Below, piece by piece: positions 35,553 to 46,590 of a stretch of 124,000 nt of DNA (position 1 is its first letter; each line of letters begins with the position of its first letter). Made by a program: the position numbers and the translations under genes. Source of the stretch: Hyalangium minutum. Lineage in GTDB: Bacteria > Myxococcota > Myxococcia > Myxococcales > Myxococcaceae. Under the pieces are notes generated by a model. The model saw nothing but the letters and a program-made list of their open reading frames with translations, did no database searches and was not told where the DNA came from. Where the stretch lies: contig NZ_JMCB01000003.1 of the NCBI RefSeq assembly GCF_000737315.1, positions 144,001 to 268,000 on the forward strand. Reading direction: 5' to 3'.

Positions 35553-37235
35553 CTACCGGCGTTTCTTGAGCCAGCGGGTCACGCTGACCTTCCGGAACCG
35601 GCTGCCGAACAGGTACCAGGTGAACGCGCCCCCTGCGAGCGCTGCTGCGAGGGCAATGGCCACGATGCCCAACACCGGCACACCGTCGTACATCCACGGC
35701 TTCGGCGCGAACGCAATGAATGTGCCCACAATGAACCCGCAGGCGCACAAGCCCAGGAACGCGATGATGGCCAGCGTCCGCAGGTTCTCGTTCAGCTTGT
35801 CGAACTGATCCTCGCGCAGCGTCACCGTGAACTTCCCGGCCTCCAGATCCAGCAGGATCTGCGAGAGCTGCGTCGGCAGGTCCGTGGCCAGCGACTGGAA
35901 CCGCAGCAGCGTCTTCATCAAGCCGCCCTGTAGCTGGCTCGGATCGTACCGCCCCGCCAGAAGTTCCTTCGCGTACGGCAGCACCACCTCGAGGATGTTC
36001 ATCTCAGGGTACAGGCTCCGGAGCATGCCCTCCGTCGACACCGACGCCCGGCTCAGCAGCGCGTACTCCTTCGGAATCCGGATCTTGTACTTCACCGCCA
36101 GGTCCAGCAGGTCTCTCAGCAGCGTCCGCGCGTCCACCTGTCCCAGCGTCGTCGGCAGGTGCTGACCCAGGATGCCCTCGATGTCGTTGCGGAACCCCAC
36201 GAGGTTCGCTCGCGAGTCCGGCACCCCCATCCGGTACAGGATGCGCGCCACCGAGTCGCTGTCCTTCAGCGCCACCGCCAGGCACAGCATCACCAGCGTC
36301 TCCTGCATCGGCTTCGTCAGCCGTCCCACCACCCCGAAGTCCAGCAGCGCCAGCCGGTTCCCCTCCAGCAGCAGGAGATTTCCCGGGTGCGGATCCCCAT
36401 GGAAGAGGCCGTCGTCGAACAGCTGCCGGAAGCTCGCCTCGATGATGTGCTTCGCGAGTTCTTTCCGTTCGTCCTCGGACAGCTTCGCCTGGCTGATCTT
36501 CACCCCGCGGATGAACTCCAGCGTCAGCACCTTCCGGCTCGACAGCTCGTCGTACACCCGGGGGATCTTCAGGTACGGCCGGTCCTCGTGGTTCGCCAGG
36601 AACGCCCGGATGTTCGAGGCCTCGTTCACGAAGTCCAGTTCCTCGTGAATCGCCTTGTCGAACTCGTCCACGATGCCCGTCGGCGTGTAGACGCCTGTCT
36701 CCTCGATGACCGCCTCCAGCAGGCGCGCCAGCGAGCGCAGCACCGTGAGATCCGAGTCGATCCGCTGCGAGATCCCCGGCCGCTGTACCTTCACCACCAC
36801 CTCGTCCCCCGACAGCGTCACGGCTCGATGCACCTGGGCGATCGAGGCCGCCGCCAGCGGGACGGGATCGATCGTCGCGAACAGGTCCTGCACCTCCTTG
36901 CCCAGGGACTCGCGGATCTGCTCGTGCACCTGCTCCAGCGGGATGGGCTCCACTTGATCCTGCAGCAGGGACAGCTCATCCACGAACTCGGCCGGCAGCA
37001 GGTCTCCGCGCGTGGACAGGATCTGCCCCAACTTCACGAACGTGGGGCCCAGATCGTTGAGCATCATCCGGAAGCGCCGCGCCGTCGACGCTCGCTGCGT
37101 TTCCGGCGACACCTCCACCTTCTCCCGGCGGCCCAGCATGCGCCACAGCCCGGCACGCTCTGCCACATCGGCGAAGCCAAACCGCGCCGCGATGACGGCG
37201 ATCTGACGGACTCGATTGAGGTCCTGGAGGATCAC
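35553..37235 (-). CDS. ABC1/AarF/UbiB family atypical kinase
   Basis: LGPTFVKLGQILS, AAASIAQVH, VKVQRP, FHGDPHPGN, LDFG. Confidence 0.92.
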   Translation of the reverse strand: MILQDLNRVRQIAVIAARFGFADVAERAGLWRMLGRREKVEVSPETQRASTARRFRMMLNDLGPTFVKLGQILSTRGDLLPAEFVDELSLLQDQVEPIPLEQVHEQIRESLGKEVQDLFATIDPVPLAAASIAQVHRAVTLSGDEVVVKVQRPGISQRIDSDLTVLRSLARLLEAVIEETGVYTPTGIVDEFDKAIHEELDFVNEASNIRAFLANHEDRPYLKIPRVYDELSSRKVLTLEFIRGVKISQAKLSEDERKELAKHIIEASFRQLFDDGLFHGDPHPGNLLLLEGNRLALLDFGVVGRLTKPMQETLVMLCLAVALKDSDSVARILYRMGVPDSRANLVGFRNDIEGILGQHLPTTLGQVDARTLLRDLLDLAVKYKIRIPKEYALLSRASVSTEGMLRSLYPEMNILEVVLPYAKELLAGRYDPSQLQGGLMKTLLRFQSLATDLPTQLSQILLDLEAGKFTVTLREDQFDKLNENLRTLAIIAFLGLCACGFIVGTFIAFAPKPWMYDGVPVLGIVAIALAAALAGGAFTWYLFGSRFRKVSVTRWLKKRR

Positions 37236-37548
37236 GCGCCGTGCACCTTCCCACGGGCTCGCAGCGCCCGCAAACGGTCAGATTCACACAGGGCAGGCGA
37301 GTGCGCGGAATTGCTCAACGGCTACCGGTTCACAGCGGGCTCCAGGTACGGGGCACCCCAGTCTGGGCTCACAGGTCGCGGGCCCCTCGGCTCGGCGCGG
37401 GTCCCCCCGTCAGCGGACGGGTCCTCCCGCGCCGGCCGTCCCGCTCTCCCTCGGTCCACGGGATGTGGGCACACCGTTGTTCCGGAGTGGCCGCGTTCCT
37501 ACCATGGCCCCCTGGGCTCCCGGCTGTACGGAAGGACGGCACGCAACG

Positions 37549-38214
37549 ATGCGGTGGCTCTCGTGGCTCACTCAGCACCAGCTCGGACGGCTCGTCTCCG
37601 CCGTTGCCATCATTTTTGCCAGCATCCGCTGCTACGCCTGGCTCAACCGCCTCCTGCCGCCTCGCTTCGACTTCACCACACCCCTCGACACCGCCATCCC
37701 GTTCCTGCCCTGGACCTATCACCTGTACTGGAGCTTCTTCCTGCTCCTCCTCGTCGCGGCCTGGCAGCTTCGCTCCGATGAGTACGCCCGGAGTCTGCGG
37801 GCTGTCCTCTGGGTCGTCCTCGTCTGCTTCTCCGGCTTCGTTCTCTTCTCTGCCCACTACCCACGCCCAGACGTCGACACCATCGCCTCCCCGTTCTGGC
37901 GCGAGGAGTTCCGGTGGATGTGGGGCCATGACAAGCCCGGCAACACCTTCCCCAGCCTTCATGTGGCCATCACCGTCCTCGGCACCCGCATCCTCTGGCG
38001 CCGCAGGAGGAGCCTCCTCTGGATCCTGTGGGCCACGATCATCTGCCTCTCCACTCTGACCGTGAAGCAGCACTTCATCGTGGATGTCCTCGGCGGGGCC
38101 CTGGTGGGCCTCGCCGTCCATACGCGGGTGTTCCGAGAGAAGGCTTCGTCACCCGATCAGGCTGGCGAGGGCGCCGCCACCTTCGGCGCAGGGCCGAAGC
38201 GCAGCAGCAGGTAG
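37549..38214 (+). CDS. PAP2-like membrane phosphatase/phosphotransferase
   Basis: NTFPSLHV, STL.VKQH..VDV.GG. Confidence 0.8.
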   Translation: MRWLSWLTQHQLGRLVSAVAIIFASIRCYAWLNRLLPPRFDFTTPLDTAIPFLPWTYHLYWSFFLLLLVAAWQLRSDEYARSLRAVLWVVLVCFSGFVLFSAHYPRPDVDTIASPFWREEFRWMWGHDKPGNTFPSLHVAITVLGTRILWRRRRSLLWILWATIICLSTLTVKQHFIVDVLGGALVGLAVHTRVFREKASSPDQAGEGAATFGAGPKRSSR

Positions 38215-39497
38215 CCCACCACCGCCGACAGCAACGAGCCCAGCAGGATTCCCAGCTTGGCCTCGGCCAGCAGGTTCGGATCGCTCGGGAACGCCAGTGT
38301 CGCCACGAAGAGCGCCACCGTGAACCCAATGCCCGCCACCACCGCCACCCCGTGCAGCTGTGAAACCCTCGACCCTCCAGGGAGCGGTGACACCCCCACC
38401 TTCACCGCCACGTAGGTGAACAGGAAGATCCCGACCTGCTTGCCCACGAACAGCCCCACGATGATTCCCAATGGCAGCGGCTTGGCCAGGTCCGCCAGCG
38501 ACATGCCCTCCAGCGAAATCCCCGAGTTCGCCAGCGCGAACAGCGGCACGATCCCGTATGCCACGTATCCGTGCCACAGGTGCACGAAGCGGTTCAGTGG
38601 CGGCTCGATGTCCTCCAACTGCTCCTCGATGTAGAGCAACTGCGCGCTGCGCACCGCCTCGTCCTCGGGCTCCTCCACGCACCGGGTGATGTAGGAGGAC
38701 AGCTCGGTGAGGACCTCCCGCCCCCGGCGTACCGGTACCGCCGGGATGAACATCCCCAGCATCACCCCCGACAGCGTCGCGTGGATCCCTCCGTGGTGCA
38801 TCGCGTACCAGAGCACTCCGCCAAGCAGCAGGTACACCATGCCGTTGCGCACGTAGAACCGGTTGCACACCGCCAGCACCACCGCCACGCCCCCCGCCGC
38901 CATCAGCCACTCCCCGTGGAGCCCTGTCCCGTAGAAGAGCGCGATCACGATGATGCCGCCGATGTCGTCGAAGATCGCCAACGCCGTCAGGAACACCACC
39001 AGCGCGTGTGACACCCGCGCCCGCACCAGCGTCAGGCACCCAATCGAGAACGCAATGTCCGTTGCCATCGGGATCGCCCAGCCTGCCGCCGCTGGCGTCC
39101 CCGCGTTGAAGATCAGGTACAGCCCCGCAGGCACCAGCATGCCCCCCAACGCCGCGATCAGCGGCAGCAGCGCCCTCGCCGGCGTGCGCAGCTCTCCGGC
39201 GGACAGCTCTCGCTTGATCTCCATCCCCACCAGGAAGAAGAACAGCGTCATCAGCCCGTCGTTGATGAACTCCCGGAACGTGAACGCCCCGCGCGACCCG
39301 GACAGCTCCAGCGCCATCGGCGCGTCGAACAGCCCCGTGTAGCTCGAAGCCCAGGGCGAGTTGGCCCACACCATGGCCGCCACCGCGCACAGCGCCAGGA
39401 TGATGCCGCTGCTGGCCTCCAGCCGGAAGAAGGCCTGGAGCGGCGCGATCGCGACCTTGAAGAGGGCAGGGACAGGGGGGGGCGGGCGTGGCTCCAT
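38157..39497 (-). CDS. nhaA: Na+/H+ antiporter NhaA
   Basis: INDGLM..FF..VG.EIKRE, ATDIAF, LAIFDDIG, GIGFT.ALF. Confidence 0.95.
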   Translation of the reverse strand: MEPRPPPPVPALFKVAIAPLQAFFRLEASSGIILALCAVAAMVWANSPWASSYTGLFDAPMALELSGSRGAFTFREFINDGLMTLFFFLVGMEIKRELSAGELRTPARALLPLIAALGGMLVPAGLYLIFNAGTPAAAGWAIPMATDIAFSIGCLTLVRARVSHALVVFLTALAIFDDIGGIIVIALFYGTGLHGEWLMAAGGVAVVLAVCNRFYVRNGMVYLLLGGVLWYAMHHGGIHATLSGVMLGMFIPAVPVRRGREVLTELSSYITRCVEEPEDEAVRSAQLLYIEEQLEDIEPPLNRFVHLWHGYVAYGIVPLFALANSGISLEGMSLADLAKPLPLGIIVGLFVGKQVGIFLFTYVAVKVGVSPLPGGSRVSQLHGVAVVAGIGFTVALFVATLAFPSDPNLLAEAKLGILLGSLLSAVVGYLLLRFGPAPKVAAPSPA

Positions 39498-39659
39498 AGG
39501 GGGGGTAGGTTGCCCTCCTGCCTGCCGTGCGGAAACCGATTTCGACACCCATGAACTGACGACGTCCACCGGGGGTGTTACAGGTGCGTTTCAGGTGACG
39601 TAAGGGGTAGGACGCTCGCGCGTTGATCCTGGGCGCGGGGCGTGAGAGAAGGGGAAATC

Positions 39660-42419
39660 ATGGGTGGAACGCAGGTGAAGACAGCCAAGGGCGCCAGCGC
39701 CGAAGTCGCTCCAGAATCCAACCTGGAGGGTATGGAAGCCAAGGCCGAGCCAACGGGGGCACGGGAGATTGCCTCCCTGACCCCCATGATGCGCCAGTAT
39801 CTGGAGCTCAAGGCGCTCCACCCGGACACCATCCTCTTCTTCCGGCTCGGGGACTTCTACGAGATGTTCTTCGAGGACGCCATCCGCGCCTCGGAGTTGC
39901 TCCAGATCACCCTCACCGCGCGCGCCAAGGGCAGTGAGAAGGTGCCCATGTGCGGCGTGCCCTACCACTCGGCCCGCCGCTACATCGCCCGCCTCATCGA
40001 GCAGGGGCTCAAGGTCGCCATCTGCGAGCAGATGGAGGAGCCCGGCAATGGCCCCGGCATCGTCAAGCGCGAGGTGACGCGCATCATCACCCCCGGCATG
40101 GTGCTGGACGAGGAAGTGCTCGAGCCGCGCGCCAGCAACTTCCTGGCTGCCGTGCACTGGGCCGAGCGGGGCTTCGGCGCCGCCCTGCTCGAGGCCTCGA
40201 CCGGCGAGTTCTTCTCCGTGGAGGTGGCCACCGCCCAGGAGCTGGTGGAAGCCCTGTCTCGCGTGGACCCTCGCGAGCTGCTCGTGCCCGAGGGGCAGCG
40301 GTCTGCGGCCGAGGTGGCCTTCCTCACCGCGCGTCTGCCTCGCACCCCTTCGGTGACAGAGCTGGACAAGGCCGCCTTCGAGGCTCCGCGTGCGGCGCTC
40401 TATCTGAAGGGCCATTTCTCGGTGGCCTCGCTGGAGGCCTTCGGGCTGGCGGATGCGCCCCTGGCCACCGGCGCGGCGGGCGCGGCCCTGCGCTACCTCA
40501 AGGACACCCAGAAGACGAACGCCGCGCACGTGGATCGGCTGAGCCGCCTGGAGCGCGCCGGGCATCTGCTCATGGACGAGTCCTCGCGCTCCAACCTGGA
40601 GGTGCTCAAGACGCTCCGGGATGGCGCTCGCAAGGGGAGCCTCCTGGGCGTGCTGGACCGCACTGCTACCAGCATGGGCGGCCGCAAGCTGGCTCGCTGG
40701 CTTGCCGCGCCCCTGTGTGCCCTGCCGGAGATCCATGCCCGTCTGGATGCCGTGGAGGAGCTGGCTCAGAAGAGCGTCTGGCGCGAGGAACTCACCACGC
40801 TCCTCAAGGAGGTCGCGGACCTGGAGCGGCTGTGCGGACGGCTCTCGCTCGGGGCCGGCAATGCTCGCGATCTGCGAGCCCTGGCCGTGTCGCTCGCGCA
40901 GCTGCCCAAGCTGTCCGCCGCGCTCGCTCGGTGCTCGGCACCGCTGCTCAAGGCCCTGGCGGGTCCGCTGAGCGCTCTGCCGGAGCTGGCAGAGCTTCTT
41001 CTGCGAGCCGTGGTGGATGAGCCGCCGGTGACGATCAAGGAGGGTGGCCTGTTCCGCCAGGGCTTCCACGCAGAGCTGGATGAGCTGGTGGCGCTGTCCA
41101 CCTCCGGCAAGGACTACCTGCTGAAGCTCGAGGCGCGGGAGCGGGAGCGGACGAAGATCTCCTCGCTCAAGGTCCGCTACAACAAGGTGTTCGGGTACTT
41201 CATCGAGGTGACGAACAGCAACAAGCACCTGGTGCCCAAGGACTACATCCGCAAGCAGACCACGGTGGGGGGCGAGCGCTTCATCACCCCCGAGCTCAAG
41301 GAGTACGAGGAGAAGGTCCTCACCGCAGAGGAGCGTCGCTGCGCGCTGGAGCTTCGCCTCTTCGAGGAGCTGCGGGCCCAGGTGGTTGCCGCCGCCCCGC
41401 GTATCCGCTCGGCCGCCGAGGCCGTGGCCACCAGCGATGCGCTCCTGTCCTTTGCGCGCTGCTCCGCGGAGTACGGCTACATCCGGCCCGTGGTGGATGA
41501 CTCGGACGTGTTCTCCATCACCGCCGGGCGCCATCCCGTGGTCGAGCGCGTGCTGAGCGCGGGCGAGTCCTTCGTCCCCAATGACGTGCAGATGAGCTCG
41601 GGCGAGGCGCAGATCCTCGTCATCACCGGTCCGAACATGGCCGGTAAGAGCACGGTGATGCGGCAGGTGGCGCTCACGGTGCTCATGGCCCAGGCGGGTT
41701 GCTTCGTCCCGGCCAAGGCGGCGCACATTGGCCTATGCGATCGGATCTTCACCCGCGTGGGCGCCGCGGACAATCTGGCGCGCGGACAGTCCACGTTCAT
41801 GGTGGAGATGACGGAGACGAGCCACATCCTTCACCACGCCACGCGCAAGAGCATCGTGATCCTGGACGAGATCGGCCGTGGCACCTCCACGTTCGATGGG
41901 CTCTCCATTGCCTGGGCAGTGGCTGAGCACATCCACGACAAGCTCGGCGCGCGCACGCTGTTCGCCACGCACTACCACGAGCTGGTGGACCTGGCCCGAG
42001 AGAAGCCTCGGGTGAAGAACCTGTGCATCGCGGTCAAGGAGCACGGTGGCAAGGTGCTCTTCCTGCGCAAGCTGGTGCCCGGCGGTGCGAACCGTTCCTA
42101 CGGCATCGAGGTGGCCAAGCTGGCCGGCTTGCCCCAGGAGGTGGTGGCCCGCGCTCGGGACATCCTCCAGAACCTGGAGTCCGGGGAGCTGGATGAGGCA
42201 GGGCGTCCTCGCGCTGCGGTCCGCCGGGGTTCCCGCGTGGCGGCTGGGCAGCTCGGGCTCTTCGGGGGAGAGGCGAGTGGGGGAGCAACGCCGGAGGTTC
42301 CCGCTGTACCCCCCGCGCAGCAGAAGGTGCTGGATGCGCTGCGCAACACCTCGCTGGACACCACCACGCCGCTGGAGGCCCTCAACCTCCTGGCACGGCT
42401 CCAGAAGGAGTTGAAGTAA
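39660..42419 (+). CDS. mutS: DNA mismatch repair protein MutS
   Basis: TPMMRQY, GDFYEMF, TGPNMAGKST, STFMVEM, DEIGRGTST, SYGIEVA. Confidence 0.98.
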   Translation: MGGTQVKTAKGASAEVAPESNLEGMEAKAEPTGAREIASLTPMMRQYLELKALHPDTILFFRLGDFYEMFFEDAIRASELLQITLTARAKGSEKVPMCGVPYHSARRYIARLIEQGLKVAICEQMEEPGNGPGIVKREVTRIITPGMVLDEEVLEPRASNFLAAVHWAERGFGAALLEASTGEFFSVEVATAQELVEALSRVDPRELLVPEGQRSAAEVAFLTARLPRTPSVTELDKAAFEAPRAALYLKGHFSVASLEAFGLADAPLATGAAGAALRYLKDTQKTNAAHVDRLSRLERAGHLLMDESSRSNLEVLKTLRDGARKGSLLGVLDRTATSMGGRKLARWLAAPLCALPEIHARLDAVEELAQKSVWREELTTLLKEVADLERLCGRLSLGAGNARDLRALAVSLAQLPKLSAALARCSAPLLKALAGPLSALPELAELLLRAVVDEPPVTIKEGGLFRQGFHAELDELVALSTSGKDYLLKLEARERERTKISSLKVRYNKVFGYFIEVTNSNKHLVPKDYIRKQTTVGGERFITPELKEYEEKVLTAEERRCALELRLFEELRAQVVAAAPRIRSAAEAVATSDALLSFARCSAEYGYIRPVVDDSDVFSITAGRHPVVERVLSAGESFVPNDVQMSSGEAQILVITGPNMAGKSTVMRQVALTVLMAQAGCFVPAKAAHIGLCDRIFTRVGAADNLARGQSTFMVEMTETSHILHHATRKSIVILDEIGRGTSTFDGLSIAWAVAEHIHDKLGARTLFATHYHELVDLAREKPRVKNLCIAVKEHGGKVLFLRKLVPGGANRSYGIEVAKLAGLPQEVVARARDILQNLESGELDEAGRPRAAVRRGSRVAAGQLGLFGGEASGGATPEVPAVPPAQQKVLDALRNTSLDTTTPLEALNLLARLQKELK

Positions 42420-42446
42420 AAGGGGGCGAGCCAAGGAGGCCGCCTC

Positions 42447-43211
42447 GTGCAGTTCGCCATTCCTCACGCGCCCCGGCGTGTCCGCTTTTCCCAGGTGCCC
42501 GGCGCCGTGGGAAGGCTGGTGCGCACTGTCATCCTTGGGCTCCTGTTCATGGCCGTTGTCGGCGCGGGGGCTGCCTTCGCTGGGCGCTTCTTCATCAAGG
42601 AGCGCGACTTCTTCGCTCGGGCCGAGGAGGTGGAGGGGTTCGTCGCGAGCAGCAAGCTGCCGCCCCCGGAGAAGCGTGTCGACGCTGAAGCCACCCTGGA
42701 GGTGCTCTACAGCGTCGACGAGCGGCAATACACCGTGAACGGCGTGCGCACCGCCGCTGAGTACGCCGAGGGGCTCGGCCGGGGCGCACAGGTGAAGCTG
42801 CTCGTGGACCCGAGCCAGCCGGACAAGCCCCGCGAGGCTCAGTTCGCTCGTGCACAGTCCGGTGCCATCAACCTGCTCCCGTGGGGGTTGGGTGTTGGGG
42901 CGCTCGGCGCCGTGGTCCTGTTCCTGCGCGAGCTGCGCCGCACCATCCGCGCCGAGCTCGAGCCCCTGCGCCGGGGTGATCTGGTCTGGCTCACGCCGGA
43001 TGGGCCTCTGCCTGAGACTCGCAGCGAGACCGTCTTCCCCGCCTCCTACTACCGCAAGGATGTGAAGCACGCCGTCCGCGCCCGCGCCCGCCCGGGCCGC
43101 GCCCCGGTGCGCAATGGAGCCAAGGTGCTCGCCGCGGTGATCCCCCGCGAGCAGGACTGGGTCCGCGTCATCGACGAGGATCTGGCCCGTACCCTCGGCT
43201 GGATTCGTTGA
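42447..43211 (+). CDS. DUF3592-like membrane protein
   Basis: TM - soluble beta domain - TM layout. Confidence 0.5.
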   Translation: MQFAIPHAPRRVRFSQVPGAVGRLVRTVILGLLFMAVVGAGAAFAGRFFIKERDFFARAEEVEGFVASSKLPPPEKRVDAEATLEVLYSVDERQYTVNGVRTAAEYAEGLGRGAQVKLLVDPSQPDKPREAQFARAQSGAINLLPWGLGVGALGAVVLFLRELRRTIRAELEPLRRGDLVWLTPDGPLPETRSETVFPASYYRKDVKHAVRARARPGRAPVRNGAKVLAAVIPREQDWVRVIDEDLARTLGWIR

Positions 43212-43304
43212 GCCGCGAGGGCAGGGGAGAACCGAAAATTTGCGGGTGCAAGGAGCCCATGACACACATCTGTAGCTGTCGATCCCCGTGTGTCCGGAGG
43301 CTTC

Positions 43305-45002
43305 ATGCGCGCTCGCCTCGCCCTCTTCCTGCTGCTGCTGTCGAGTGTCGCCTCCGCGGCGAAGCGGGATGCGGCCGAAGAGGCCTACCAGGAGGCGCGC
43401 ACGGCCTACTACGTCCTCAAGGGAGACGCAGTGCGGCGCAAGCTGCGCCACCACTGGCTCAACGTCGCCCGCCGCTTCGAGGCCGTCGCCACCGACCACC
43501 CCAAGAGCCCTCGCGCACCAGACGCCCTCTTCACCGCCGGCGAGCTGATGAACGAGCTGAGCCGGATCTCCTTCCTCCTGGAGGATCTCCAGTCCGCCGC
43601 GGGCGACTACTCGAAGGTTGTCGAGAACCACCCGCGTCACCGCCTCGCGGATGACGCCGCGCTCTCGCTGGCCCGCATCTATCTGGATCGCCTGGACCAC
43701 CCCGATGCCGCTCGCCGCGTCATCACCGACAGCCTCGCCAACAACAGCAAGGGTGACCGGGCCCGTGAGCTGAAGGAACTGCTGGCCTCGCTGCCCACGC
43801 CCAAGACGCCGCCCCCTCCCGCTCGCAAGCCCGCCGCGCCCGCTGTTGCCGAGGCGGCTCCTGCTCCCGCTGCGCAGCCGGATGCGTCCAAGGCGGGAAC
43901 ATCGCTGGTGGATGCCATCTCCAAGCTGGCGCGTGAGTCGGGACCCACCAACGCGGCTCCTGCCCCCGAGGCTCAGGATTCCAAGGCCAGCAGCGAGGCT
44001 CCGCGCGTCGTCGTCATCACCCCGATGAAGACGGCTGAGGCGCCCGTGCCCACCGCGAAGGACTCGAAGGTGGCGGCCACGCCCGCCGCTCCGGCCAGTG
44101 CGCCCGCCCCGGTGGCGGTGACGCTGCCCTCCAAGCCGAAGACCGAGCCGGTCGCTGTCTCCGTGGTGAAGTCTGCTCCCGAGCCCACCGTGGTGCCCGT
44201 GAAGCCCGCGCCCTCCAATCCCGTCCTGGACCCGCACATCGCCGAGGCTCGGATGAAGACCGCCGCGAAGCTGTCGCGCCGCGCGGAGCTGACGCTCGTC
44301 GAGCAGCTCGGCCTCAAGGTCCGCCGCGTCATCATCGATCCCGGCCACGGGGGCCACGACACGGGCGCCATCGGGAAGAACGGGACGCGCGAGAAGGACA
44401 TCACCCTGGCCATCTCCCTGAAGCTCGCCGAGGAGCTCAAGGAGCGCGGCCTGGAGGTCATCCTCACCCGCGAGGACGATCACTACGTCCGGCTCGAGGA
44501 TCGCGCCCAGTTCGCCAATGAGTCCCGCGGCGACCTGTTCATCTCCATCCACTGCAACTCCGCCGCGAGCTCCAAGCTCCACGGCGTGGAGACGTACACG
44601 CTCAACATCTCCGCGGATCGCTACTCCATCCGGCTCGCCGCGCGCGAGAACGCCTCCACCGAGAAGGGCATCAGCGATCTCCAGTTCATCCTCGCGGACC
44701 TGGCCACCAAGGCGAACACCGGCGAGTCCACCCGCCTGGCCTCCCAGGTCCAGAAGAGCCTCGTGGGCCAGCTGTCCAAGGAGTATTCGGACATCAAGGA
44801 TCTGGGCAACAAGGAGGCGCTCTTCTACGTGCTGCTCGGCGTCAAGATGCCCGCGATCCTCGTGGAGACCGCCTTCCTGTCCCACTCCGAGGAGGAGCAG
44901 CGCCTGGGCTCCGAGGCGTACCAGGACAGCGTGGCTCAGGCGATCGCCCAGGGCGTGGAGGAGTTCCTCGGGGATCGCAACAAGCTGGCCAAGGTCGATT
45001 GA
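43305..45002 (+). CDS. N-acetylmuramoyl-L-alanine amidase (Amidase_3) with N-terminal TPR region and Pro/Ala linker
   Basis: IIDPGHGGHD, LFISIH.N, ILVETAF; signal peptide. Confidence 0.9.
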   Translation: MRARLALFLLLLSSVASAAKRDAAEEAYQEARTAYYVLKGDAVRRKLRHHWLNVARRFEAVATDHPKSPRAPDALFTAGELMNELSRISFLLEDLQSAAGDYSKVVENHPRHRLADDAALSLARIYLDRLDHPDAARRVITDSLANNSKGDRARELKELLASLPTPKTPPPPARKPAAPAVAEAAPAPAAQPDASKAGTSLVDAISKLARESGPTNAAPAPEAQDSKASSEAPRVVVITPMKTAEAPVPTAKDSKVAATPAAPASAPAPVAVTLPSKPKTEPVAVSVVKSAPEPTVVPVKPAPSNPVLDPHIAEARMKTAAKLSRRAELTLVEQLGLKVRRVIIDPGHGGHDTGAIGKNGTREKDITLAISLKLAEELKERGLEVILTREDDHYVRLEDRAQFANESRGDLFISIHCNSAASSKLHGVETYTLNISADRYSIRLAARENASTEKGISDLQFILADLATKANTGESTRLASQVQKSLVGQLSKEYSDIKDLGNKEALFYVLLGVKMPAILVETAFLSHSEEEQRLGSEAYQDSVAQAIAQGVEEFLGDRNKLAKVD

Positions 45003-45046
45003 CCGGCGAGTGAGGCCCCTCCGCCGGTCCCTCGGCCCTCGCGTCC

Positions 45047-45829
45047 TCACGAGATGGACGGCAGCCCGTCCTTGCGGTTCAGCGAGAAGTCGTGAGGCGT
45101 GGAGGGAGCCGGAGGAGGCTCGGGCAGCTGCGGCTCCGGTCGCGGCATGGGGACCGGCGCGTTGAGATCCCTGTACACGCGGCGGCCGAGGAAGGCCCCC
45201 AGCACCAGCGAGATGAACAGACCGATGCCGGACACCAGGGTCATGATCGTCCGCCCCTGGGCCAGTCCACTCCCGAACTGCACGATGAGGAACGTGCCGG
45301 GCAGAGTGCCGACCATGATTCCCGCGATGGACGGCCAGAAGCGCGCCCCCGAGGCCGCCGCCGCCGCCAGCATCATGTCCGTGGGCAGCAGCGGGTTGAT
45401 GCAGGTGAGCAGGGCAAACTGGAAGTCATGCTTGCTCGCGGCGCGGGACAGCGCCTCGTAGTGCTCGCCGGCCAGGCGCTTCATCGGCCGTACGCCCAGC
45501 TTCCGGGCAATCCCGAACACCACGGTCGACGCCAGGAAGCTCCCGATCAGCGCATAGACCGTGCCCATCAGCGTGCCGAACACCATGCCGCCTACTGCGG
45601 CGAACAGCGTGCCCGGCAAGAGCGTCAGCGGGCGGAGGGCCAGGGCAAACAGGTACGCGAACGGGGCGGCCTTGCCCATGGGCTCAATGAAGTCGCGGAG
45701 CTGGCGCTGGTCGATGACATCCGGTCCCAGCAACCTCAGCAGCAGCAACCCGCCAATGGACGCCCCCACGGGTGCCAGGACGCGCAGCCACTTCTTCACC
45801 CCGCCTTTCACGCTCCACCTCCCCGACAT
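45047..45829 (-). CDS. TVP38/TMEM64 (VTT, DedA superfamily) membrane protein
   Basis: Hydrophobic, LLPG..F...GG..FG..G, G..PGT motifs. Confidence 0.8.
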   Translation of the reverse strand: MSGRWSVKGGVKKWLRVLAPVGASIGGLLLLRLLGPDVIDQRQLRDFIEPMGKAAPFAYLFALALRPLTLLPGTLFAAVGGMVFGTLMGTVYALIGSFLASTVVFGIARKLGVRPMKRLAGEHYEALSRAASKHDFQFALLTCINPLLPTDMMLAAAAASGARFWPSIAGIMVGTLPGTFLIVQFGSGLAQGRTIMTLVSGIGLFISLVLGAFLGRRVYRDLNAPVPMPRPEPQLPEPPPAPSTPHDFSLNRKDGLPSIS

Positions 45830-46113
45830 GGACCGACACAAGTGCCCGCCAGAAGGTGCTCCTTGTTAGGGAAGAAGCAATAGAGGCCCGGATGTTCTCA
45901 ACACAGAAGCATCCTGCCGGGCAGGCATCAGCTCGGCCAGGACGCCTAGCAAGCCTGACAACCTCTCGTAATCATTGGGATTTGAGTGCGGTTTGTCGGG
46001 TGGTGACGGCTGGCGGTGTACGGAGCTTGCTTGCATCGGGGCGCTTCCGTCCCAAGGTTTCAGGCAAGGGGCACCGTGCGAGGCGTCGGGCAGTAACGAG
46101 AGGAGATGGCGAT

Positions 46114-46551
46114 ATGTCGGACAAGGACAACAAGGGCAGCATGACGGTGGCGGAGGCGGGGCGTAAGGGTGGCGAGACCGTTCGCAACGAGCGAGGTCGT
46201 GAGTTCTACGAGACCATCGGTCGTAAGGGCGGTGCGACGGTCAAGGCCGAGCGGGGCCGCTCCTTCTACGAGGAGATTGGCCGCAAGGGCGGCGAGACCG
46301 TGAAGGCCGAGCGGGGCGCCAAGTTCTACGAGGAGATCGGCAAGAAGGGTGGCGACCGCGTGAAGGCCACCCGCGGGCCGAACTTCTACGAGGAGATTGG
46401 GCGCAAGGGTGGGCAGAAGGTGAAGAAGCTCATCGAGGAGGGCAAGCGCGCGGCCCGCGCGGCCATGGCCCAGTCGGAGAAGCCCGCCGAGGAGCCGGCC
46501 GCGCCTGCGGCCCCCGTGGCCGAAGAGGGCCAGGAGCCTCATCGCGAGTAG
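46114..46551 (+). CDS. General stress protein with KGG repeats
   Basis: Repeated FYE.IG(R/K)KGG..VK units of 22 aa. Confidence 0.88.
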   Translation: MSDKDNKGSMTVAEAGRKGGETVRNERGREFYETIGRKGGATVKAERGRSFYEEIGRKGGETVKAERGAKFYEEIGKKGGDRVKATRGPNFYEEIGRKGGQKVKKLIEEGKRAARAAMAQSEKPAEEPAAPAAPVAEEGQEPHRE

Positions 46552-46590
46552 CTGCGTGACGCAGGGACACGGACCCGGTAAGAGGGGTGT

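Noticed and set aside
38157-38214. 58-bp convergent overlap of PAP2-like gene and nhaA
   Set aside because: Common 3' extension in high-GC genomes; no functional signal
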